NCBI GenBank assembly: GCA_011042635.1
Contig: DQWH01000070.1
Span: 1-51,768, forward strand
DNA from: Bacteroidota bacterium
Lineage (GTDB): Bacteria; Bacteroidota; Bacteroidia; Bacteroidales; VadinHA17
Direction of reading: 5' to 3'
DNA length: 51,768 nt
The position numbers and the translations under genes are program-made. The notes beneath the pieces are model-generated. The model was not told the DNA's origin and ran no database searches. It saw only the letters and a list, made by a program, of their open reading frames with translations. Position 1 is the stretch's first letter, and each line of letters opens with the position of its first letter. Below are positions 41,065 to 49,683 of this stretch, piece by piece.

Positions 41065-41610
41065 TTAAACCCATAACTTTCTGAATATCCATGCAATGGC
41101 ATAACCCGTTCCAAAAATTCCCATCATAGCCAGGAAACCTGAAAGGGCGAGAGAGGCCGATCCGCTCAGGGCTGCCCCACTGGTGCACCCGCGTCCGAAC
41201 TGGGAACCCAGTCCAAACAGAAAACCTCCCAGAGTGGCAGCTACCAGGCGTGTTCCGGCAGTAATCCCCGGGGAATGTTCCACCTTGAGCTTTAATCGTC
41301 CGGCCAGTGCCCCTGAAAGAAATGCCCCGGCCAGCACTCCCAATACCTCAAACACCAGCCATGTGTTCAGCGGACTTTCATCATCGCTGATAAACTGGCT
41401 GTAGTAATTCGACCGATGTGCATATTCTGGCGTAATTTCATTCACTGTAGCCACCACGGTACTTTTTACCGCCCCGCTGGCTCCCAGCCCGCGCCCTGTA
41501 ATAAAATACGTCATCAACAGCAGCAAACCCAGCAATACCCCTCCCAGATAGGGATTCAGATACCGGGTGCTCCTGTCATTCCTGTTTGGTGCCTTCATCG
41601 GATATTCCAT
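41065..41610 (-). CDS. YeeE/YedE (sulfur transporter) family, half-size subunit
   Basis: NPYLGGVLLG, GLGASG, GGFLFGLGSQFGRGCTSGAALSG motif, ~4 TM segments. Confidence 0.85.
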   Translation of the reverse strand: MEYPMKAPNRNDRSTRYLNPYLGGVLLGLLLLMTYFITGRGLGASGAVKSTVVATVNEITPEYAHRSNYYSQFISDDESPLNTWLVFEVLGVLAGAFLSGALAGRLKLKVEHSPGITAGTRLVAATLGGFLFGLGSQFGRGCTSGAALSGSASLALSGFLAMMGIFGTGYAIAWIFRKLWV

Positions 41611-41611
41611 T

Positions 41612-42553
41612 TTAATACAAATATCTTGTTACCTGCCCGGCCTCTACCATAATAAACCTGAAAATCAGCCCTCCGATCAGAATGCAGAGGGCAGGAATAG
41701 CTACGGGTATACGATATCCCCGAATCTCGAGCACTTCCAGTACACCGGGAAAAACCAAACCCAGAACGATCACAAAAACCCAGAACGAGACCGTAAAATC
41801 ACCTCCCAGAAAGAGGGATGCAGCCTGTATCTGTACCTCTGTGCTCGCCTGAAAGCCCATCAACATATGCGTAATGAAAAAGAGTTCGATCACAATGAGC
41901 AGAAAATCAATCCTCCCAAAGACCTTCCTCTCGGTATGGTTTTTTGACATCCACATGATGGTGGCCGCTCCCGTGGAAAGTCCCGATGTCAGAAACAAAA
42001 AACCCAGGATAGAAGTGTTCCACAGGGGCCGGGCATTGAATGCCGACAGCAGAATCCCTGTGTAAATTCCAAGAATAATTGCCAGTACCACCAGTACCCA
42101 TGCCAGTTGTTTCCGGTAAGCGATCACCCAGGCTTCAAAGCGGTCGAGCCATTTGTTCTTCCAGTCCCATCCCGGCACCACCTCTTTCAGGTAACTGGCA
42201 CTCCAGATAAATGACAGGGGAGTAATGGCCATTAACGTCCATGCACCCCACGACATGGGCGACTCGATCCGGAAGGTAGTATACAGCTGCCAGAAATACA
42301 TCTTGTGTTTCAGGTCGAGAAAAAGCATGAACAGGCCGATTACGAGTGCAGGGGGGGCAATAAAGCTGGCCAGCTTCACAGCCGTGGGAAATTCTTTCTC
42401 TTTGTTCAGAATGGTATATAGCCCTGCATAAAATATAAGTCCGGCTGCCAGTCCACCCAGAAAAAGGTATAACGGAATCTGCCAGTGCCAGATGTTCAGA
42501 TGCGGATCAATGTTGGGTATGTTTCTTCCGCTGACAAACAACTCTTCTTTCAT
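41612..42553 (-). CDS. psrC: NrfD/PsrC-type quinol-oxidising membrane anchor
   Basis: WHWQIPLYLFLGGLAAG, LFLDL, SPMSWGAW, YTGILLS...RPLWN, GGLIFRF; ~8 TM segments. Confidence 0.88.
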   Translation of the reverse strand: MKEELFVSGRNIPNIDPHLNIWHWQIPLYLFLGGLAAGLIFYAGLYTILNKEKEFPTAVKLASFIAPPALVIGLFMLFLDLKHKMYFWQLYTTFRIESPMSWGAWTLMAITPLSFIWSASYLKEVVPGWDWKNKWLDRFEAWVIAYRKQLAWVLVVLAIILGIYTGILLSAFNARPLWNTSILGFLFLTSGLSTGAATIMWMSKNHTERKVFGRIDFLLIVIELFFITHMLMGFQASTEVQIQAASLFLGGDFTVSFWVFVIVLGLVFPGVLEVLEIRGYRIPVAIPALCILIGGLIFRFIMVEAGQVTRYLY

Positions 42554-42576
42554 AACAAACCGTTTGTTGTAAAAGA

Positions 42577-43110
42577 TCAAACCAAAAAATATACCTGCGG
42601 GCGGGTTCCCGCCTCAGGTGCCAGCACTTTCCATTTCCTCCGGGCCAGAATCTGCGATACTTCCGACTGGGGTTGGTCCAGATCACCAAAATACATGCAT
42701 CTGGTAGGGCATACCTCCACACAGGCCGGTCTACCTCCCTCCACCAGCCGGTGATGACAGAAAGTACACTTGTCAACATATCCCTCAGGATGAGAATAAC
42801 GGGCATCATAGGGACATGACTGGATACAGGCACCGCAGCCAATGCATTTGTTGTGGGTTACCATGACCACCCCTCCTTCGACAATATGGCTGGCACCCGT
42901 TGGGCAACACCGCACGCAGGGGGCATTGTCGCAATGGTTGCATCGCTCAGACCTGATCTCAATTTCAACCAACGGGTAGGTGCCGGTTACACTTTCTGTC
43001 ACCCAGTCGCGGCAATAGCCTATGGGAACATTGTTTTCGGTCTGGCAGGCTACAACGCAGTCGCTGCAGCCGACACACTTTTTTGTGTCGATGGCCATGG
43101 CGTATCTCAT
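42577..43110 (-). CDS. psrB: 4x[4Fe-4S] electron-transfer subunit (PsrB/NrfC/DmsB type)
   Basis: CVGCSDCVVAC, CNHCDNAPCVRCCP, CIGCGACIQSCPY, KCTFC...PACVEVCP. Confidence 0.92.
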   Translation of the reverse strand: MRYAMAIDTKKCVGCSDCVVACQTENNVPIGYCRDWVTESVTGTYPLVEIEIRSERCNHCDNAPCVRCCPTGASHIVEGGVVMVTHNKCIGCGACIQSCPYDARYSHPEGYVDKCTFCHHRLVEGGRPACVEVCPTRCMYFGDLDQPQSEVSQILARRKWKVLAPEAGTRPQVYFLV

Positions 43111-45353
43111 GATTCAACCTCCTTTGCAACAGGTTCTTCGGTAACAAAAGTGACAAAATTGCCCCGCATACCGGTTCCTCCCATCACCGGGTCAATGGTC
43201 ACCTTCGACATGAGCTCGGTATCATTGGCCCCTTTTCCGTAGGCGCGGCTCAGTTTTTTCCAGCTGTGACCGAATCCGTGGACCATGTATACCGAATCCC
43301 ATCTGATCCGCTCGGTAATCCTCACCCTGATTGGAAAACTTGAGACGATCCCTTCCGGATTTTTCAGGTGTACATACTGTCCGTTCTCTAATCCCCAGAG
43401 CCTGGCCACCCGCGGATTCACCCACACATCGTTCTGGTCCATCAGATCGGTAAGATTCGGATTATTGGCCGTACGGCTGAAGGTATGCATGGGGGCCCTT
43501 CCGTAAATCAAACGGTAATACCCGGGCGGGGGCTCCTCATGAGGAGTATATACCGGCATGGGATCGTACCCGGTGGCTGCCAGTTCAGTGGCATACAGCT
43601 CAATCTTCCCGGTATTTGTATTGAAAGTATAGTTCTCACCTTTTTGAAAGTACAGCGGACCCGAGGTACGCGGAAATTTCTTAACCCCAGTTTTTTTCAT
43701 CTCTTCCAGGGAAGTGCCCAGTTGCTGTAACTGCCATTCCAGTACATCCGTGTAATCCTTGTAATTAAAATAACTTCCCAGACCCAGGCGTTCACCCAGT
43801 TGTTTGGCCATCCACCAGGAAGGTTTGGAATCATACATGGGTTCGGCAGCCGGCATACGAAGGGCAATGTTCGGTTCGCGGTGGGCCAACGAGCGAAGGG
43901 TATCGTATCTTTCCAGATAGGTACATTCCGGAAGCACCACATCGGCATAACCGGTAATCTCCATGGGCATGGTATCCACCACCACCATAAATTCCACATC
44001 CTGCATAGCCTGCTGCAGGGTTTTCTTCAAAGGAATAGTCAAAGGAAGATTTGTTCCGGCCACTATCCAGGCCCTGATCCTTCTGCTTTCTTCCGTTTCC
44101 TTCAGAGAAGCCTCCACAAGGACATTGGAAACAGCCAGCCCAGCCAGGGGATATTTTTCACGTTGCAGATCCTGCCACGACCAGGCCGGCGTGGGGTATT
44201 CAGGATGCGGGTAGTCGGGTACCTGCACCGATTCGGCAAAATAGAATCCTCCCCTCGATCCCCAGGAACCCAGCAGGGCATTCAGAATGGCAATGGCCCG
44301 TGTCCTCTGGGTATCATCCCCGTACCATGTCACATGTCTTCCCGGATGAACAATAACCGAAGGAGCTGCATCGGCCATCTGGCGGGCTGTTTCACGTATC
44401 AGGGCAGGCTGCAGGGTGGTAATGCCGTAGGCCCATTCGGGAGTCATGTTCCTGACATGCTCTTTCAGCAGATCAAAACCGTAGGTATACCTTTCCACAT
44501 AGTCCCGGTTGTACAGTTCTTCATAGATCAATACATGGATCCATGCCATCAGAAGAGCCAGATCGGTGGAGGGCTTGATCGGAAGCCAAAACCTGGATTT
44601 TGAAGCGGCGGTGGAAAACCTGGGATCGACCGTAATCAAAGTAGCCCCCCGGTCAATGGCATCCGCCATTTCCTGTACCTGTCCGTTATGCATGTTCTCA
44701 CCGATATGGGAGCCGATCAGGACCAGGCAACGGGTATCCCGTATATCGGTAGGTTCGGGTGATCCCACACCGGTACCAAAGGTAACATACCATCCCGTAT
44801 CGCGGGGCCCCCGGCACTGGGCAAACGAGGGAGCCGCAATATTATTCGACCCCATGGCTTTCAGAAGATGCCCGAAATGGTCGCCCGGGGATCCATGATT
44901 GAACAGGGCAATACTTTCAGGACCGTGCTTCCGGGAAATTTCTTTCAGCCGTTCAGCCACAAGGTCAAGGGCTTCGTCCCATCCGGCAGGTACAAATTCC
45001 TGCTTCCCGTTAATTTCTTTCCGGATCAACGGAGTACGCAAACGATCCTCATCATAATAAGCCCCCACACCACCGGTACCCCTTGGACAAAGCCTTCCAT
45101 TGCAATGAGGATCGCCGGCATTCCCGGTAATTCGGGTAATTCTGCCTTCCTCATCCGTATAAGTCCAGCCGGCACAGCTCCAGAAACAAATTTCACAGTA
45201 GGTAGGGAATCTGCCCTGAAAACCGGCCGCAGCTTTTGCAGCTGTTTCAGCCCATCGGGATGTACCCCGGAACCACGCAACCGATCCCGCTCCCAAAGCC
45301 AACCCCCCCAATCCTGTGGCGGCAATTTTAATAAAATCCCTGCGGGTGCTCAT
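43107..45353 (-). CDS. psrA: Molybdopterin (DMSO reductase family) catalytic subunit, PsrA/PhsA/SrrA clade, Tat-exported
   Basis: STRRDFIK Tat motif; CEICFWSC...LCPRG FS0 cluster; APSFAQCRGPR with Cys as likely Mo ligand; GRHVTWYGDD; ADVVLPECTYLER; C-terminal HTFSRT...MVHGFG domain. Confidence 0.85.
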   Translation of the reverse strand: MSTRRDFIKIAATGLGGLALGAGSVAWFRGTSRWAETAAKAAAGFQGRFPTYCEICFWSCAGWTYTDEEGRITRITGNAGDPHCNGRLCPRGTGGVGAYYDEDRLRTPLIRKEINGKQEFVPAGWDEALDLVAERLKEISRKHGPESIALFNHGSPGDHFGHLLKAMGSNNIAAPSFAQCRGPRDTGWYVTFGTGVGSPEPTDIRDTRCLVLIGSHIGENMHNGQVQEMADAIDRGATLITVDPRFSTAASKSRFWLPIKPSTDLALLMAWIHVLIYEELYNRDYVERYTYGFDLLKEHVRNMTPEWAYGITTLQPALIRETARQMADAAPSVIVHPGRHVTWYGDDTQRTRAIAILNALLGSWGSRGGFYFAESVQVPDYPHPEYPTPAWSWQDLQREKYPLAGLAVSNVLVEASLKETEESRRIRAWIVAGTNLPLTIPLKKTLQQAMQDVEFMVVVDTMPMEITGYADVVLPECTYLERYDTLRSLAHREPNIALRMPAAEPMYDSKPSWWMAKQLGERLGLGSYFNYKDYTDVLEWQLQQLGTSLEEMKKTGVKKFPRTSGPLYFQKGENYTFNTNTGKIELYATELAATGYDPMPVYTPHEEPPPGYYRLIYGRAPMHTFSRTANNPNLTDLMDQNDVWVNPRVARLWGLENGQYVHLKNPEGIVSSFPIRVRITERIRWDSVYMVHGFGHSWKKLSRAYGKGANDTELMSKVTIDPVMGGTGMRGNFVTFVTEEPVAKEVES

Positions 45354-45436
45354 GGACTATTCTTTTGATTCTATTTTTTTAGATATAGATATAATTGAAT
45401 ATGTAAAATTAAAAAAAAATCCTTTTTGCCTTCACA

Positions 45437-45457
45437 CAAAAGTAGGTGCATATCACA
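45437..45457 (-). promoter_or_regulatory. psrA-operon -7 element with adjacent Crp-type half site
   Basis: Minus strand reads TGTGATATGCACCTACTTTTG: TACTTTTG (45437-45444) preceded by TGTGATAT, identical to a half of the 49583-49598 palindrome. Confidence 0.55.
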
Positions 45458-45637
45458 CCTTCGGTAGCATAAATTTAATATGTTATAGAATATAATTAAA
45501 TAATTTAATTGATTTTCAATAATTTATTTCGATAATATAGAATCGTTTTATTTAAGCTCCGGGATGTTGTTTAATTCGCTAATTTAAAGAGGTTTCATGT
45601 ATTTTTGAAGAGAAACAAGTATTCTAAAGCAACCGAT

Positions 45638-46030
45638 ATGATATCCCGTCGGAATGTATTGCGGAAAATGAAATGGATCATACTGGCCTTTCTGGGATAT
45701 GCAGGGTACAAAACCTCCCTTCGGACCATGAGTACCGAAAAGGCAACCCAATACAGGATAACCGGCCATCTTGCCGAAGGGGTCAGTTTTTACGGACCGG
45801 TGATACTGCAGAAAAACGGCCGCCATATCCGTTTCTTTTCTTCTTCCTGTACACATCTTGGTTGCCAGATTACAGAAGAAAGCAACCGTAAGCTCGTGTG
45901 TCCCTGCCATGGGTCGGAATTCACCACAGACGGGAAGATATTGAAAGGACCTGCCGGAAAACCCCTCAGGGAACTCACTTTTTCATACCACCGTGAAAAA
46001 GATGAATACATCGTTCATCTTTCCTCGTGA
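45638..46030 (+). CDS. Rieske [2Fe-2S] protein (QcrA/PetC-like), Tat-type anchor
   Basis: SRRNVLR + hydrophobic helix; CTHLGC and CPCHGS boxes; GPA..PL. Confidence 0.9.
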   Translation: MISRRNVLRKMKWIILAFLGYAGYKTSLRTMSTEKATQYRITGHLAEGVSFYGPVILQKNGRHIRFFSSSCTHLGCQITEESNRKLVCPCHGSEFTTDGKILKGPAGKPLRELTFSYHREKDEYIVHLSS

Positions 46031-46033
46031 TTC

Positions 46034-48766
46034 ATGAGAAAATTTCTGATATATACCTCCTCATTTCTGAAAGACAGCTTTGGTGTTCTTGCACTGGGTT
46101 CATTTCTGCTGGCATTGCTGTCGGGAGTATTCCTGGTAGTCCCTTATGATGTGGATTCTCCCTATGAATCGGTAAGAAATATGATGCTGGTAAACGGCTA
46201 TGCGGTATTTTTCAGGAACCTGCATTACTGGAGCGGCCAGCTTTTTCTCATTTTCACCGTTATCCACACCTGGGATTATCTTTACCGTACCGAAAAAATT
46301 CCGGAAAAGCGCGGGGTTTGGTTCCGGCTGGTTGTTTCCCTGGCCGTGACAGTTCTGGTGATGCTTACGGGATTCCTCCTGAAGGGAGATGCCGACAGCC
46401 TGCAGGCCCGCCGCATCATGGATTCGCTAATGAAGACCATCCCCGCCGGTGGAAATTTTCTTTCCAGATTTCTTCTGGGAAAAGAGGGTTCATTCCAGTT
46501 AATATACATACATCATATTGCCACAGCTACCATTTTCCTTCTGATCGTTATGTTCGAACATGCCCGAACGGTATGGGTCAATACCCGTTCGTTCATAAGA
46601 CTGACCATACTTCTGGTCATTTTTTCCCTGGTTTTCCGGGCTCCCCTGCACGATAACCTGAACCCCGTGGTCAAAGGGCCCTGGTATCTCATCGGCCTGC
46701 AGGAAATACTGCATCTAATGAAAAATCCGGCATGGTCGCTGGTCATAATCCTCATTCTTTTTGTTGTGCTGTATTTCATCCCCTACCTCAAAGGATCCCG
46801 GCAGATCAACACCCGCAGGTTCCTGTTGTTGTCTTTTTACCTGTACGGAATATTTACCCTCACCGGATATTTCTTCCGGGGCAAAAACTGGCAATGGATA
46901 TGGCCCTGGGAAACCGGATACCGTACGGCCGTGTATTTCCCGTTTCAGGCAGATATTCCCGCCTTCCGGATTGACAGCGCCCTTCTTTCATCCCTTGAAA
47001 ATTCAGCTCGTCAGGAATCCTGTATAGCCTGCCATGCAGGAATGTCGGGGTTTTCACCTTCTCATGATCCCGGTGCTACAGGGTGCTTTATCTGCCACCG
47101 GGGCGATCCTTTCAGCCTCAACAAAAACAGGGCACACCGGAACATGATTCTGATACCCGGCAATATAACCGATGCAACCCTGAGTTGCGGCACAGCCGAG
47201 TGTCATCCGGAAATTCCTTCCCGTGTGGAAATGTCGCTGATGAACACCGCCAGCGGAATGGTAAGTGTCAACCGGTTTGTGTTCGGAGAATCTGCTTCGC
47301 CTTCTGTGCATTCCGATATCCGGGATATCAGGCACAGCCCTGCCGATGCCCATCTGAGGAATCTGTGTGCCGCCTGCCACCTTTCCAATGAAAAAACCCA
47401 GGCAGGGCCCATAAATCAGCTCTCGAGGGGAGGCGGATGCAATGCCTGTCACCTGAACTATTCGCCGGAGGCCTTGGCCGAGCTTCAACAGCGGCGATCA
47501 GGCCAGGCAGCCGATACCACACTGCCACAGGTTCACCCATCCCTTTCAGTTAATATCACATCTGATCATTGCTTCGGGTGCCACAGCCGGTCGGGTAGAA
47601 TATCCACCAGTTACTCGGGCTGGCACGAAACCCTCCTGAAACCGGAAGAGATACCTCAAACGGGCAATTATCAGATGATGGACGACCAGCGGGTGTACCG
47701 GTACATACAGGAAGACGTCCACCATACGGCAGGAATGGAATGCATCGACTGCCATACATCCTATGAAATCATGGGCGACGGGAATGTATACCTGCACAAG
47801 GAAGAACAGGTAAAGATCACTTGCCGCGATTGTCATTTTACGGAACCTCCCGATGCCATTCCCCTGGATCAGGTTGACAGAGAAACCCGGAAGATCATCG
47901 AGCTGAGGAATATGAATGAACCCGGGCGAAAATACATGCTGGGGAAGGAATCAGGTGAAATCATACTCAACGCAACCCTTAAGAACGGGCAATGGATGCT
48001 GGAAGGCAAGAAGTCAGGTACATGGCATCCCCTGAATCCCCCGGCCAGAATCTGTGTGGAAGGATCGTCACACAGCAATCTTCATTGCAGCGCCTGCCAT
48101 ACCGGCTGGACCCCCCGGTGTCTGGGCTGCCACAACAGCTATGATCCATCAAGCCCCGGCTACGATCACCTGCGAAATACCGAAACAAGGGGAACCTGGG
48201 CTGAATGGGTGGGCCTGCACCTGGCCGGACCCCCAACCCTTGGGGTAAAAGAAGGAAAAGAAAATAATGAAAAAACCATTATCCCCGCTACACCGGGAAT
48301 GATTCTTACCATCGACCGGAGCAGTTATACAGGAAAAAACGAGCCGGTCCTGTTCAGGCGGCTCTTTGCCCCCATGGAAGCACATACCACCTCCTCAGAA
48401 GGCCGTTCATGCCGCTCCTGTCATCTTGATCCCGTGGCCCTGGGATACGGAGAAGGAAACCTTGAGTACCGGGTAGAAGGAAATACGGGACGCTGGATAT
48501 TTACTCCCAAATATGCCCCCCATCAGAATGACGGTTTGCCGGAAGATGCCTGGACGGCTTTTCCGGGCAACGCCATTCCTCCTTTTTCCACCCGGGAATG
48601 GTTCCGTCCCTTCAGCAGGGAAGAACAACAGTCTGTGCTGCTGGTTGGTGCCTGCCTGGAATGCCACGATGAAGATTCCGGTGTGATGAATGAATCACTG
48701 ATATCCTTCCGGAAAGTCCTGGATGAAAGAAGCAGGTCGTGCATCCTTCCTGCCGGCAGTTTTTAG
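46034..48766 (+). CDS. Cytochrome b (b6 + subunit IV-like) fused to a multiheme cytochrome c (11 CxxCH + 1 CX4CH)
   Basis: RNLHYWS...IHTW and IHH...EHAR heme-b His pairs, TGFLL, KGPWY (PEWY equivalent); then CIACH, CFICH, CGTAECH, CAACH, CNACH, CFGCH, CIDCH, CRDCH, CSACH, CLGCH, CRSCH, CLECH. Confidence 0.88.
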   Translation: MRKFLIYTSSFLKDSFGVLALGSFLLALLSGVFLVVPYDVDSPYESVRNMMLVNGYAVFFRNLHYWSGQLFLIFTVIHTWDYLYRTEKIPEKRGVWFRLVVSLAVTVLVMLTGFLLKGDADSLQARRIMDSLMKTIPAGGNFLSRFLLGKEGSFQLIYIHHIATATIFLLIVMFEHARTVWVNTRSFIRLTILLVIFSLVFRAPLHDNLNPVVKGPWYLIGLQEILHLMKNPAWSLVIILILFVVLYFIPYLKGSRQINTRRFLLLSFYLYGIFTLTGYFFRGKNWQWIWPWETGYRTAVYFPFQADIPAFRIDSALLSSLENSARQESCIACHAGMSGFSPSHDPGATGCFICHRGDPFSLNKNRAHRNMILIPGNITDATLSCGTAECHPEIPSRVEMSLMNTASGMVSVNRFVFGESASPSVHSDIRDIRHSPADAHLRNLCAACHLSNEKTQAGPINQLSRGGGCNACHLNYSPEALAELQQRRSGQAADTTLPQVHPSLSVNITSDHCFGCHSRSGRISTSYSGWHETLLKPEEIPQTGNYQMMDDQRVYRYIQEDVHHTAGMECIDCHTSYEIMGDGNVYLHKEEQVKITCRDCHFTEPPDAIPLDQVDRETRKIIELRNMNEPGRKYMLGKESGEIILNATLKNGQWMLEGKKSGTWHPLNPPARICVEGSSHSNLHCSACHTGWTPRCLGCHNSYDPSSPGYDHLRNTETRGTWAEWVGLHLAGPPTLGVKEGKENNEKTIIPATPGMILTIDRSSYTGKNEPVLFRRLFAPMEAHTTSSEGRSCRSCHLDPVALGYGEGNLEYRVEGNTGRWIFTPKYAPHQNDGLPEDAWTAFPGNAIPPFSTREWFRPFSREEQQSVLLVGACLECHDEDSGVMNESLISFRKVLDERSRSCILPAGSF

Positions 48767-48786
48767 CGTCCTGCCCCGGAGAGTGT

Positions 48787-49479
48787 TTATCCGCTGTTAG
48801 CCAGCTTTTTTATTAATTCGGGTTTCAGGATTCGGATCTCCTTTTTGTTCATCCCGATAATACCGGAATCAACAAATTCCTTCATCGCACGGGATACACT
48901 CTCACGTGTTCCGCCTACCATGGAAGCCAGTTCCTGACGGGTAAGCAGCATGGGATATTCCCGCGCCATGAAAATTTCTTCGGCAAAATAGAGCAGTGTT
49001 TCGGCCAATCGGCCGGTCAATTGCTTTTGCCAGTGACTTACCAGCCGGTTGAAATGACTCAGTTCTTCACGGCAGATGTAATCAATCAGTTCATTGGCAA
49101 AGTCCCCGTTTTTCTGTATCAGCCACCTGAATTCCCTTACCCTGATATAACAGGCAACGGCCCGGGTGAGGGCGGAAGCCGAATACTGGTTAACCACATC
49201 CCCCAGAATGGTCTGTATTCCCAAGTACGTCCCTGAACAGGCAATCTTCAGAATCTGATCCCGGTTCCTGGGACCTTTCTTGTGGATCCGGGCCAGTCCT
49301 TCCTTGAGATACACCACATGACCCGATGGGGTTCCCTGTCGAAAAAAAGCGTCGCCGCGGTTTACACTGACTTCCACACATGCCTTCCCAAGCATATAGA
49401 GTTCTTCTTCCGACAGAACAGCCGCAGCTTTCGATTTAAACCGGCAACGGGCACAGGAAGATTCACTTCTGAAGTCCAT
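48787..49479 (-). CDS. Crp/Fnr family transcriptional regulator with N-terminal CxxC
   Basis: cNMP-binding-fold (FRQG...VYLKEG..RI), RLAETLL, HTH LTRQELASMVGGTRESVSRAM; start at MDFRSESSCARC preferred. Confidence 0.9.
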   Translation of the reverse strand: MDFRSESSCARCRFKSKAAAVLSEEELYMLGKACVEVSVNRGDAFFRQGTPSGHVVYLKEGLARIHKKGPRNRDQILKIACSGTYLGIQTILGDVVNQYSASALTRAVACYIRVREFRWLIQKNGDFANELIDYICREELSHFNRLVSHWQKQLTGRLAETLLYFAEEIFMAREYPMLLTRQELASMVGGTRESVSRAMKEFVDSGIIGMNKKEIRILKPELIKKLANSG

Positions 49480-49581
49480 AAGATATATTTTCCGGCAGGT
49501 GATAATGCTCCAGCAGATAATTTCAAGCGGAGCATACCTGAAAAATACCATTACCTGTCAAAGATAAAAAATAGTACAGTA

Positions 49582-49599
49582 ATGTGATATATATCACAT
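49582..49599. promoter_or_regulatory. Perfect Crp-type operator ATGTGA-TATATA-TCACAT
   Basis: 18-bp perfect palindrome with TGTGA-N6-TCACA core, between the regulator gene and a divergent small ORF; extra TCACA half site at 49616-49620. Confidence 0.85.
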
Positions 49600-49652
49600 G
49601 TATATATTAACCAAATCACACTCTTTGCTTGACACATGCGGCCAGTTCTATT

Positions 49653-49660
49653 TATATTTG
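49653..49660 (+). promoter_or_regulatory. -7 promoter element for the small Cys-rich ORF
   Basis: TATATTTG with CTTG (49628-49631) 21 nt upstream. Confidence 0.55.
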
Positions 49661-49683
49661 TTTATATATACAAATACCTGGTC

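Noticed and set aside
45354-45637. Moco riboswitch or FNR box (TTGATTTTCAATAA near 45509) in the AT-rich spacer
   Set aside because: No stable GC-rich stems; the FNR-like match is weak and expected by chance in such AT-rich DNA
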